From an uncultured delta proteobacterium (lineage in GTDB: Bacteria; Myxococcota; Myxococcia; Myxococcales; Myxococcaceae): a DNA stretch of 64,000 bases. Each line of letters starts with the position of its first letter. Position 1 is the first letter of the stretch. Of the stretch, positions 34,401 to 44,215 are shown in pieces. The notes under the pieces are model-generated. The model ran no database searches. It saw only the letters and a program-made list of their open reading frames with translations, and had not been told where the DNA came from. Position numbers and translations under genes: made by a program. The stretch spans positions 32,001 to 96,000 of the forward strand of contig CAVQKE010000007.1 in the NCBI GenBank assembly GCA_963713045.1, read 5' to 3'.

Positions 34401-35456
34401 GAGAAGCCGGAAGACGAGTTCTTCCAAACGCAGCGGAGTTTCCGGAGCTAAGTCTCGAAGGGACCTCGGTTTACCAGCTTCTTTGAGCGCGAGTATCTCT
34501 CGGAGTGACCCGTGAAAAGGTACTCGGCCCGTAAGTATCTCGTAGAGCAGTACTCCAACCGCGTACCAGTCGGAGGAAAAACCGAGCGGCTCTCCGCGGA
34601 GCTGCTCCGGAGAAACGTACGCGGTCGTTCCGGCGAGGTACTTCTGTAAGGAGACTTGGCGGTCAATGACAAGGTCGCTGACTAGGCCAAAGTCGAGCAG
34701 AACGAGGCGATCCGCCGAGGTAACCTGAACGTTGGAGGGCTTGATGTCTCTGTGAAGCTTTCCAGCGCTGTGCAGGGCACAAACGCCCTCCACGAGTTGG
34801 GCAACAGCGTCTTCGAACTTTACCATGCGCTCGGGCGGTAGCGGCGACCCTAATGGAGCACCGGTCTTTGGCCACCTGCTCCCAGCTTCTGCTGCATCGT
34901 CGACGTCTAGCGTGACAGCTTCTATCGCGGGTGGCAGACCGTCTCGAAGGTGGTGCTTGAGAGTGCTCCCATCGAGCAGTTCCATAGTGAAAAAACAGTC
35001 CGCCTCGTTTGCAACCAAGTCATAAAGTTCGACCAGATTTGGATGGACAATTCCCTGAAGAGATCGAAATTCCTCCTTGAGCTGACGAATCCAAGTTGGC
35101 GATCGATGGGCATCCGTCAACGTTTTTAAGGCAACGTCGCAACGTCGCTTTTCATCGTACGCGCGATAAACGACGCCCATCCCTCCGCGACCAATCTTTG
35201 AGACCAGACGAAAGCGGCCATTACCTCGAAGCTGCGAGCTGGCCTGCTTGCCTCCCGAGCCGGACCGAAGCGCGTCTTCGGCGCCTGAGAGGAACCGCTC
35301 CTTCCAGTTCTCGAGTTCCGATGCCGTTAGACCGTGTTGACGAGCTGCCTCCTGAGTAGATGCCTCACCTTTGAGGATGCTGATGACTAGCTCGGCCCGC
35401 CGCTCGGCCGTCCAACCCTGGCCATCTTCGTTGAGTTCGTTCTCGTCGGGCTGCAT
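31485..35456 (-). CDS. DUF1153-like HTH + Ser/Thr kinase + AAA ATPase + helical/TPR-like protein
   Basis: RBS GAGAGG; WTAERRAELV HTH; GRGGMGVVY, HRDIKPSN, DFG; FVGRSEE, GRSGMGKT, WIDDFQW, GSPFFL. Confidence 0.92.
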   Translation of the reverse strand: MQPDENELNEDGQGWTAERRAELVISILKGEASTQEAARQHGLTASELENWKERFLSGAEDALRSGSGGKQASSQLRGNGRFRLVSKIGRGGMGVVYRAYDEKRRCDVALKTLTDAHRSPTWIRQLKEEFRSLQGIVHPNLVELYDLVANEADCFFTMELLDGSTLKHHLRDGLPPAIEAVTLDVDDAAEAGSRWPKTGAPLGSPLPPERMVKFEDAVAQLVEGVCALHSAGKLHRDIKPSNVQVTSADRLVLLDFGLVSDLVIDRQVSLQKYLAGTTAYVSPEQLRGEPLGFSSDWYAVGVLLYEILTGRVPFHGSLREILALKEAGKPRSLRDLAPETPLRLEELVFRLLDPRPHQRAGPSEVLKALGKPEKRRPRHTSFVGRSEELAALWTALRTAKSGQLTLATIEGRSGMGKTELARRFTSQVQAANEATVLSGRCLPEELVPYRALDGVVDQLATYLGSLPAPEVPRLEPGMGANLCRLFGALADVPGLEAPRGQVASELVEPRELRRLGVEALRQLLGECARRQPLVIWIDDFQWTDPDSEQLILHLLRPAQAPILYLLAYRAEDVSGQAFLSALREGRLAVTPPIPVHVEPLSDASAHEVVSGLLGGAVDDELLNSLVVESCGSPFFLGELARHAAHNLGRQTNRAGLADVVDQRIAELTDTARRIVELVSVAGRPMGRETVLAAANLSDAAQTDISRLAHARMLRLIEQPDAPLVEVYHDKMRDAVLAQLSTERLRKYHHELAVCLRSLPSADDEQLAVHYRGAGDTELAGEFALRAAHSAREKLAFDRAGALYEQVLELLPGKANEAELHELAATAWADAGKGARAARHFEQAAELAEKDGTTKASPRTLLRLASEHYLRSGRLADGMRLLRLSTANLPIPVPETRIGAVLSGLLPRLGLMLKPLSFPVSEHPTVDASALDRLDSLWSASTSISMLNYVAADPLGVHHLRGAIQARDRSRVIRGLGYEAAFETVLGYPPLRRHAQKLLLRMEEEIGKSSIPYDRAWGTMAQGISAWFNAEWKRAVQLCDEAAEIYRLRCRGVAWELAITDAYAMPALAYLGDLPELQKRVPRALASAMERGDFFNANTCRLGMPNLIWLVIDQPLRALSEADAALSALFGNIDVRSARMMGPLQPSLYLTPHYHHLFAAAQADLYRGDAWSALRRVEAAWAQLRSAFFLRARVVRSEAQHLRGRVALAAANSAARGEIGHVAPKQLLAIARSAVGQLEREDLQLSIGFACALRAGVARLDDDEAAGKRHLEAAAAAFDLAGMALYAAASRAAAQPGAEATEHAKLTSLGVKSPPRLLRMLIPN

Positions 35457-35593
35457 GACGAACCTCTCGTTGGCTCCTAGCCTGGCGCAAAGTCGTGAAC
35501 TGGGCCTCGACATTCATCCGGGTCCACAAGCGGAGCCTGTCGAGCCTAGCTCACCGGAACCTCGCAAGCGGCCGAGGTGGACGCCCTATTCAC

Positions 35594-36231
35594 TCACAGC
35601 AAAGGCTCGGGTCTCCACGCGGGCGGGGACGCCATGTCCCTGTCTTGCGTCACACGACGACTTCCCCCGACCAGCATCGCGTGCTCTCCAAGCCGTTGTC
35701 CTACAAGTTGGCCATGAGTCGTGGAGATGTGGACAGTGAGCTCCCGGTTACTTCGGCTCCGAGCAGACTCGGCGCGATGCGCCCAAGCGTAGAAGCCGGC
35801 GCGCGAGACGCCGAGCAGGCCGCACATGGCAGCGACCGAGGTGGATGGCTCCCCCGCCTTCTCCGCTTGAATCCGAGCAAATTTCACTTGGACTCCTTGG
35901 CGAAGAAGGCCGCCCATTTTTTTAATAGGTCACGCTCCATCCGCAGCGTGCGGTTCTCCTGTCGAAGCTTCGTCAGCTCCTGCTTCTCGGCGGTTGTCAA
36001 AGCCCCCTCCGGTCCCTTGCCCTGGTCGACGTCGGCCTGCTGGACCCAGTGCCGCAATACGGTTTCGGTCAGGTCCAGCTCGCGTGCGACGTCACCCACC
36101 GTCTTGCCGCTCTCCCGGACCAGTTTGACGGTCTCAGCTTTGAACTCTGGGCTGAACTTCCGCCGTGCTCGCCTCGCCATCGTGGACATGTACACCCCTC
36201 CTCAGGTGTCCACGAAACGAGGGGAGGCTCA
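35594..36231 (-). mobile_element. IS3-family element: left IR, intact OrfA, decayed OrfB start
   Basis: Minus strand begins TGAGCCTCCCCTCGTTTCGTGGACAC; RRKFSPEFKAETVKLV..LRMERDLLKKWAAFFAKE; MCGLLGVSRAGFYAW. Confidence 0.88.
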
Positions 36232-36554
36232 GAACTGGGCGTGCTCCGCTTCGGTGGACAATGCTTTAGGTCGATTCGCCTCGTCGTCTTAATCGTGATG
36301 GCATGCAATCTCGCTGGGGACCTCTTGAGTGTTGGCCTGTGTGTTGTCGACCCGACCGCGGCTTTCCGCCGACGCAGTAGTGGTAAGTCGACACCTCGCT
36401 TTGTGCGTCAATGGCTCACCTACTCGACGGCAAGCTCAGCTTCGCTCTCGGGGCAAAGTACAGAATGGTCGCCTAGGCGAACCGGCAACAACTGAGGCCC
36501 GGCTCACGCCCCTTCGAGGACTATATGGGCTACGGTTTGTATCCCGCTCCGGCC

Positions 36555-36715
36555 AGTAGACCCCGTGAGCAACGTCTCACAGAGGCTTGGCCAATGCTGG
36601 CGCAGTTACGGCCGCAGCTCCGGCACCGTCGTCCCGTCAATGCCGGGACTGCCCTTGGTTTGCTCCACGCGCTTCAACGCCTTTACCGCATTGCTGCGCT
36701 CGAGATGCGCTCCAT
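36555..36715 (-). pseudogene. Group II intron reverse transcriptase N-terminal relic
   Basis: Hand translation MERI/LERSNAVKALKRVEQTKGSPGIDGTTVPELRP*LRQHWPSLCETLLTG matches RT domain 0. Confidence 0.75.
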
Positions 36716-36821
36716 CCATGCGCAACGCCGTTTCCCGAGCCTCCGTCTCCGTGTGTCAAAAGGAAGAACTCCTGCGTCGGATGTCGACGCAGGAGCCCTT
36801 CTCTTTCCACCACAAGGTGAC

Positions 36822-39120
36822 TTATTCGTTGACACCCGGGACCGGAACCCACCGCGGCCCGTAGAGCGGCACCGGCTGGCCGTACTCGTACGCGCCGAGG
36901 TCCGGGGCGCTGCCGGTAAAGTCGTCGGTGACGTTGGGGATGAAGACTCCCGTGTCAATCGCCGCCGAGCCTTTAGCCAACGTGTAGTCGATGAGCACCG
37001 GCGCAGTCACGCCAGCCGTCGTGGTTCCCCAGCTGTACAACTGCTCGGGGTTGGACGCTTGGGCCGGCGGCGGCGCGTTGTTGAAGACGGTCCAGTCGAC
37101 GACGATGCTGTGCTTGTCCTGGCCCGTTCCCGCTTGATACGCCGCCAGCGAACCATAGGTCTTCGTCAGCAGCGGCGTACCGCCGTCTGGGTATTGCGAG
37201 CTGTAATCCGCGAGGACCGTGGTATCTGGAGGAGACGCATACGAGAACGCCGTCGGACCCCCGTCGGGGTTAGCGCCGTCGCCCGGCGGGATTCCCCAGC
37301 CATTGTAATCGAGCACCGAGTAATTCGTGTACATGCCGATGCTGAGGACCTCAGTGCTGACGCCCGTCCCTGAGACCGGTGCTTGCATGATCAGGTTGTT
37401 GAGGAACGTGATGTTGGCTCCGCTCGGCGAAGCGCTGGCGTATTCGCCAAACGTGTTGTTCAGATAGAGCACGCCTTGCGCGTGGTCCCACTTAATGGAG
37501 CTTACCCAACTGTTGTACACCACGTTTCGGATGAAATACTGCGGGCCAGCAAACGTGGGCTGGTTGCTGGTGGCCTGCTCGCCAGTGTTGATGCAGCGGT
37601 TACGCATCCACCGCGCGTTGATCGTCGAACCGTCCATCTCGCCGCAGTTGTCGGTCATGTCATAGACGTCGTTGTTGTAGGTATCGAGCGAAACGGCCAT
37701 GAGGTCGCGAGGCTGGCCCGACGGAGTGCAGTCCGGCCTGCGCGGGTCGCAGGGATACCCTTCGGGTTGGTGGGTATCGATGTCGAAGCCGTCGTGGAAG
37801 TAGGCGGCATAGTTATAGGCTACGGTGTGGGCGGAGCCGTAAAGCTTGGTCGCGAAGTAAGCGATGTTCGGCCCCTGGTAAGTCGCGTAGTTGTGGTCGT
37901 TTGTGGGACCGCCGGCCACCGGTTGAACGGTGATGGGCGTCGTCTCGGCGGTTCCGTTAGCCACGTGCTCCGTCCAGAGCGTGCTAAAGGGCGCCCCTCC
38001 CCAGGAAGTCTGGTAGGTTTGTTCATTGCGGCCGTAGAAGAAGTTGTCGGTGATGTAGAACCACTTCGACTTCGCCCACTCGCTCCAGACGCCCATGGCG
38101 ATATTCTTGAAGATGCACTGCTTGACGGTCAAACCCTCCGAGCCAACGCTTTCCTTGGTGCCTGCGAGGATGGCGATGTCGGTGTTCTGGAACACTATCC
38201 CTTGGAAGTAGTTGTAATTCGCGGACTGCACGTCGAAGAGCACGTGGTTGTTCTGGCCGTCGATGATGACTGGGCCGTCGCCCGCGGACACAATGGCGAT
38301 GGGCTTCTCCTTGGTGCCGTTACCGCGCAGATAATACGTGCCGTCAAAGTCGGTGCCTTGGCCTGCGGTGGCGGGGTACGTGCTTGTGGTCGAGGTATAT
38401 TGCGGACCAAATGCCGTAACCGGCCCGTTATACTCCGCACCGGAATAGTGATAACGGTCGTCGGCGTAAGTACCCGGCATGGACAACGATGGTATCGCCG
38501 GGCTTTACCCGCACCGGGCACATCTTGTTCCAGTCATCTTCAACCTGGCACTCGTAATAGGCGGCCAGTATACCCGGATACGCGTTGGGCGCTGTCGCGA
38601 CCGTCCTCAGGTTGGTCCCCGGCGGATACACGTGATAGACGTTCCCGTCGCTGCCCTTATAGGGCACGGGCTCGGCCTGCGTGCGGAAATTCACCTCCTG
38701 GGTTGCGCACTCGCCGAACCGCCGCCGGCCCTCCACGCCGTCGGGATCGCACAGCTCGAACTTAGCTTCGTACTCGGTGTCCGGCTGGAGATCGAAGATG
38801 CTCCCGGCAAACATATTCGGGGCGACATAAACGTAGTACGGCGGGTGAAAGGCGACTTCGTTCTGGATGCGGACGAGATTCATCCCTTGCTGCCAGGGGG
38901 AATTGCCGTTTGCACGGCGGTACCAGACCGTCACACTTGCAGTCCGGTTGTCGTCGCCGGTGATATACCATTCGAACCCCGCGTTAATCAGCGTGGTAGG
39001 TTCGACGTAGAACTGGCCAGGCCCAACCTCATTTTGGGCCACGGCGGTAGACGGCGACAGGCCCAGAAGAAACAGCGAGACAACTGGGAGCAGCCAGGCC
39101 AGGTGGTTCTTAGTTCTCAT
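36822..39120 (-). CDS. Secreted protein: FN3-like N-terminus + right-handed beta-helix; frameshift near 38480
   Basis: Signal peptide; FAGSIFDLQPDTEYE; VKPGDTIVVHAG; Asn-rich parallel strands; SAAIDTG..PNVTDDFTGSAPDLGAYE. Confidence 0.8.
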
Positions 39121-39366
39121 GCTCAGCCTCTTTTCTGGGGAACCGCTTCGTGCTGGAGGTAAAGCTTGCTGCGGCGCAAGAATCTTCCTTCCAGTGCGTT
39201 GTTTCGGGCAGGTTTCACCGCCTGCCATCCTCCTCTCGCGCCGGCGCTTTCGCGCCCGCCTGTCAACGCAAGGGCTTAGAGAAAAACCGGCCACTTCGGG
39301 AAATAAGGTCGCTCAGCGGCGCCTGGGCGGGCGCGAGCGGGCCTTTGGACGCCGTGAACGGGATTA

Positions 39367-40110
39367 TCACGAAAGCGGGTCGACGTACTTCAGGTCGCTC
39401 CGAATCCCGAGGCGCTGCTTCAACGCGGCGAAGTATCGCCGGCTCACTGGTACTTCACGACCTGACTTCAGCCTGAGAACGGCGGCACGCGGCTCTGTGC
39501 GAAAAATCTCCCTGATCTGCCGCACGTCCACCAGATATTGACGATGACACCGCTGAAGAGGCGTCTTGTTCTCGAGCGCTTGCATCGTCAGTTCGGTCAG
39601 GAATTCATCTTTAGGCGTAACCACGTACACCCCTGCGGCGCTGCAGTGGACGTGCTCGACCTCGTCGACATCGACCAGGCGTATGCTGCTATGCCCGGTG
39701 CAGGGGATCCGCTCGATGGCGGGGCTCTCATAGACTCGCGTCCGTCCCTCGTGAACAAAGCGCTTCAGCTTTTCCACAGTGAGGCTCAGCCGCTCGCGCA
39801 GGACGGGCTTTAAGAGGTAGTCGATGGCATTCTCTTCGAAAGCCTTTATAGCGAACTCATCGAAGGCGGTGACGAAGACGACGTGCGGCATGCGTTCGCG
39901 GTCGATCATGCTGAGCAGCTGAAAGCCATTTACCTTCGGCATCTGGACGTCCAGAAAAAGGACATCTGGTGGTGCGCGATTGATGGATTGAAGGGCCTCC
40001 ACCGCGTTTGCACACACCGAAACGACCTCGAACTCCTCCGAAGTGGCGAGCATCGCTTCCAGCGACCGGCGCGCGTAGAGCTCATCATCGACAATCATCG
40101 CGCGCATCAT
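39367..40110 (-). CDS. btsR: LytTR response regulator (BtsR/YehT-like)
   Basis: IVDDE, FLDVQMP, VFVTAFDE, DYLLKP, RCHRQYLV, PVSRRY. Confidence 0.88.
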   Translation of the reverse strand: MMRAMIVDDELYARRSLEAMLATSEEFEVVSVCANAVEALQSINRAPPDVLFLDVQMPKVNGFQLLSMIDRERMPHVVFVTAFDEFAIKAFEENAIDYLLKPVLRERLSLTVEKLKRFVHEGRTRVYESPAIERIPCTGHSSIRLVDVDEVEHVHCSAAGVYVVTPKDEFLTELTMQALENKTPLQRCHRQYLVDVRQIREIFRTEPRAAVLRLKSGREVPVSRRYFAALKQRLGIRSDLKYVDPLS

Positions 40111-41768
40111 TGCCATGCCTCCGGCGTGGGCACCTGGATGGACACCCTCGTCAGCTCGTTCGGCACGCAGGAGATGTTGAGCCTGGCGCCGCGCCCGAGC
40201 AGGCCCTCGATACGCTTCTCGACGATCTTAATGCCCAACCCGCTACTACTCGGCCGGGCTTCTTCGTAGGCACCGGCATTGTCCTCGATGTCGATCCGGG
40301 TACTCCCATCGCGCCGGTAGATGTGGATCCGCGCAATGCCCGGCGACAACATTTCGGAAATGCCATGCTTGATGGCGTTCTCGACCAGAGGCTGCAGGGT
40401 GAAGGTCGGCACCTTCGCCTCGAGCAGCGAGGCGTCGACGTCCATCTCCACCGACAATCTGCCCTCGAAGCGCGCTTTCTCGATTTCCAAGTAGGCGCTC
40501 ACGTGTTCCAGCTCCTCACGGAGCGTCGATAGGTCGGCACCGCGCTTCAGGTTCTCGCGGAAGAAAGTCGATAGATGCGACAGCAGTCGGTAGGGTCGGC
40601 TTGCCTCCGGTAGCATTGCCAAGATGGTGTTGAGCGAATTGAAAAGAAAATGAGGGTTGAGCTGCGCGCGAGCGAGTTTGAGCTCGGCCACAAGAAGCAG
40701 GTGCTTTTGCTCCTGATAGCGGGCGAGGAGAAGCTGCATCGAGAGAAGCGACGTGAGTCCCTCGCCCAGCGTCCGGTTTGACGTGAGGAACTTGTCCGCC
40801 GCCTGGTAGAGCTCGATGGTGCCGAGGACCTCTCCGTCCACCCGCAGCGGGACCACAAGCACGGAGTGAAGCGGGCACTTTGTCGACAAGGCGCAGCGAT
40901 AGGAACCGTCGACGAACGTCACCTCGCTCGAAGCAATTGCTTTCGTCGTCCATGCCGACGCGATGGGGATCTCCGCGTGGTGGTGTTCGGCCCCTGCTCC
41001 GACGAATGCCAGCACTTTCTCAGCGTCGGTGATCGCGACCGCCCCGACTCCTGTTTCCTCGTGGATAATTTTCGCTATGTCTCCCGCCACATTGTGATCC
41101 AGGCCGTTCGCCACCAACTGAAGCGTCCGCTCGGCGATCCGGAGCGCCCGCGCTCCTGACGCCGCCCCGGCCTCGTCGTATAGGTTCCTGCGGTCGCGCA
41201 GTATGCTCATGAACAAGGCCGCTCCGGTGGAGTTGGCGAGTATCACCGGGAGCGCGAGTGTCTTTACGAGTGCGACTGCGTCACCGTACGGGCGTGCGAA
41301 GAGCAGGATCAATCCCATCTGCGTCGCCTCGGCCACGAACGTCGTCCCGAACGCGATCTTCGGATCGGACAGCCGCGCTGACCCGCGCCGCACCATATAC
41401 GTGTGCACAACCCCGCCCATGAGGCCCGCCAAGGCGGTAGCCAAGCCACACGGGAACGCGGTGAAGCCGCCCAAGCAGAAGCGATGGAACCCGGCTGTGA
41501 CGCCCACGGCGCTGCCAAGAAGCGGTCCGCCGATGATGCCAGCGAGGACGGAGCCGATGGCGCGGGTATTCGCGATTGCACCTCGGACCGGCGTACCGAG
41601 GTAAGTACCCATGATCGAGGCAGCGGCAAAGAATACGAACAACAACAACTTGTCCCGTGTACGGAAGGAGTTCAGCTCGACGGGTCGATACAGCGGCGAT
41701 TTGCAATACGCGTACGCGATCACCAGGAAAAAGGACATTGACTGGGCGAGCGCGAATAGCAGCGTCAT
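40107..41768 (-). CDS. btsS: LytS/YehU sensor kinase (5TM-LYT, GAF, His kinase)
   Basis: AIANTRAIG, GAVAITD, AQLNPHFLFNSLN, YLEIEKARF, LQPLVENAIKHG. Confidence 0.9.
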   Translation of the reverse strand: MTLLFALAQSMSFFLVIAYAYCKSPLYRPVELNSFRTRDKLLLFVFFAAASIMGTYLGTPVRGAIANTRAIGSVLAGIIGGPLLGSAVGVTAGFHRFCLGGFTAFPCGLATALAGLMGGVVHTYMVRRGSARLSDPKIAFGTTFVAEATQMGLILLFARPYGDAVALVKTLALPVILANSTGAALFMSILRDRRNLYDEAGAASGARALRIAERTLQLVANGLDHNVAGDIAKIIHEETGVGAVAITDAEKVLAFVGAGAEHHHAEIPIASAWTTKAIASSEVTFVDGSYRCALSTKCPLHSVLVVPLRVDGEVLGTIELYQAADKFLTSNRTLGEGLTSLLSMQLLLARYQEQKHLLLVAELKLARAQLNPHFLFNSLNTILAMLPEASRPYRLLSHLSTFFRENLKRGADLSTLREELEHVSAYLEIEKARFEGRLSVEMDVDASLLEAKVPTFTLQPLVENAIKHGISEMLSPGIARIHIYRRDGSTRIDIEDNAGAYEEARPSSSGLGIKIVEKRIEGLLGRGARLNISCVPNELTRVSIQVPTPEAWQ

Positions 41769-41969
41769 GTCGGATTCACAGGCGACGCGATAGGACTCAG
41801 CGTCTGCACTCCCTCCACTCTCGGGATGATTTCAGGCGGTGGGCATGACCCAGCCGGGTGGCTTCACTCAAGACGCGGCGCGATAGACACGCCGCGCCAT
41901 TTGTCGGCAGGGTCATCGAATCCACTGACATTGCAATCAATCTGCGCCAGCGCGGTTCCACGGCTGGGC

Positions 41970-43010
41970 TGCCCACGCCGTGCGCGCATGAGACATCCTG
42001 TGTCAACGTCAGCCTGCGTTGAGGAGGCGCACGGCAGTATGGAGGGCGGGGTCGTACGGCTTTCGGTCCATCCAGGCGCGCCAGAGCACCCGAATCCAAG
42101 CACGGGCGAGGATGCGGATGGCGTGTGGATTTCGGCAGCCGTGGGACTTCGGCGAGTATTTGAGCGGCGCAGGCTTTCCCGGCGCGAGGGAGGGACATCA
42201 TGACTCTCCCGTCCTCGCTGCTGGCGACGGCATACCCCACCCCTCCGGTGAGCTTGTTGATTTCCTCGACCAGGCGTTCCAGGGCACTCGCAATGGCACG
42301 GACCAGCTCGCCCGTCGCCGCGGATTCGGCGTCGCCGCACATGCCGACGGGTGCCGCGCGCAGGTGACAGAGCAGCTCGGCGGAGGGACAGCGGCCGGAG
42401 TAGCGGTACTGAGCGAGGAAGGAGGCGAGTCGCTTTTCGCCCAGGTGCGCAGCGCTAACTGGCGTGGGGTAGTGCTGCACGAAAGCCAAGGCAATGGGCG
42501 AGTCGATTTTCGAAAAGACGTCTACTGCACCTACCCAGAAGCTTTCGAGCAGGCTCAGCAGCTGATTGGCCAACGCCACCCGATGGCGGATGAGGAGCGC
42601 GCGGGCGCCGACAAGGGCACGCAGCGTCTTGAGCTCGTCAGAAGCGGGCTTGAGCGCTCGAAAGCGATAGCCATCAGTGCGCAGCAGGTCTGCGAGCAGG
42701 TAGGCGTCGCCAACGTCGCCCTTTCCTCGAGCCGCTCGGTAGCGCGGGCGAGCAGCCTTCACAGCATTGGGGTGGATGGGCACCACCACTTAGCCGGACT
42801 CCACGAGTGTGTCGACGAGCAGGCCACTCGGCCCCTCAATAGCGATTGACAGCCCGGGTGGCTGCCGTCGTCGGCCGAGGCGCCGTTCAATTCGGTAAGG
42901 CCCTCGGCCGAGTGGACGACCTCAAAGCGATCCACAACTTGCCAGCTTCATCCAGAACACAAAGGCGTGACGACTGCCGCCCCAGTCGAGCCCTACGAAG
43001 TACCTCGGCG
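41970..43010 (-). mobile_element. IS110-family transposase, degraded
   Basis: YFVGLDWG start, AIEGPSGLLVD, IHPNAVKAAR..KGDVGDAYLLADLLRTD, SLPRAG..AAQILAE; C-terminal domain largely deleted. Confidence 0.85.
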
Positions 43011-43316
43011 AGGACGAGGCTTCAGGAGCAGACCATCGAGTTTGACTGGAAGCAGGCCGAGCTTCGGGCAGCCGGAGCTGCAGCTGACGCTGTAGCCCGA
43101 AGGCAAGATCAAGGTGCGCCTCGATCTCCTCGGCGAGCATCCCGCCCGCTCGCACAAGCTGCCCACCGACTATGCCATCCAGCGCGGAGGCACGATCCTC
43201 GTCGGAGCCTGGCTCGACCCGATGACGAGAAGGGGGCGAACAACTGCTCATCGCGGTCACCAGGAAATCGAGACGGTGTAGAGTCCGCGCCGTTCTTCTT
43301 CCCGGAGCTTGAAAAG

Positions 43317-44056
43317 ATGCGCTTCGTTCTGCTGCTCGCCCTCCTCGCGCCCGTCGCCGCGCTCGCGGCTGATCCGCGCCAAACCAGACACGACCGACGA
43401 CGATAAGTCGCTCTACGGCATGGGCTACATCGTCGGCTTGCGCAACCTCGAGGAGCTCGGTCTCAACGCCGCGCGAGCTCAAGATCGTCGAAGAGGGCAT
43501 CAGCGACGCGGTCACGGGCAAGAAGGCCAAGGTCGACGTCGACACGCAGATGGCGAAGATCATCGCCTTCGCCAAGGGGCGGGCGAGCGCGGGGGTGGAC
43601 AGGGAGAAAGCAGCGGGCCTCGAGTTCGCCGAGAAGGCCGCGAAAGAGCCAGGGGCGGTCAAGGTCCCGGTCGAGGGCGAGGGCTTCTTGGTCTACAGGA
43701 CGATTACACCCGGCACCGGCGCTACCCCGGCCCCCACCGATACCGTCTATATCGACTACGAGGGCAAGCTTACTAACGGCAACGTCTTCGACAGCTCGTA
43801 CAAGCGCCGCCTGCCGGCGGAGTTCGTGTTGAAGCAGGGCATCAAGTGCTGGACGCTCGGCGTGGCCAAGATGAAGGTCGGCGAGAAGGCGCAGATTACT
43901 TGCCCGTCCGACGTCGCGTATGGCGATGGGGGCCAGCCGCCGAACATCCGTGGCGGCGCGACGCTGGTGTTCACCGTCGAGCTGCGCTCCATCAAGTCCA
44001 TCAAGGGGCGTGAGCCTGCGGCACCCCAACGTCTGCAGCGCGCGGGCGAAAACTAG
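43317..44056 (+). CDS. FKBP-type peptidyl-prolyl isomerase with signal peptide; frameshifted
   Basis: KSLYGMG, YEGKLTNGNVFDSS, IKCW..G...MKVGEK, CPSDVAYG, ATLVFTVEL. Confidence 0.88.
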
Positions 44057-44215
44057 ACTTCGTATATTCTTTGGGCACGCGGAAGAGGAAGGCGTGCTCG
44101 CGACGTCGAATGGCGCGTTCGGCAGGCTGCGCACACGCTTAGCGCCCTATACCGTGGTAGGAAGAATAAAAGGAAAGAACGAGCCGAAGCAATAAAGAGT
44201 TAGGGGCCCGCGAGC

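Noticed and set aside
35610..35633. Second IS3-like terminal repeat (TGGCGTCCCCGCCCGCGTGGAGAC, minus strand)
   Set aside because: Only weakly similar to the IR at 36231 and in the same orientation; cannot be supported by eye.
23547..36231. Active composite transposon around the isoprenoid operon
   Set aside because: The two IS3 elements are different and both truncated; no target duplication seen.
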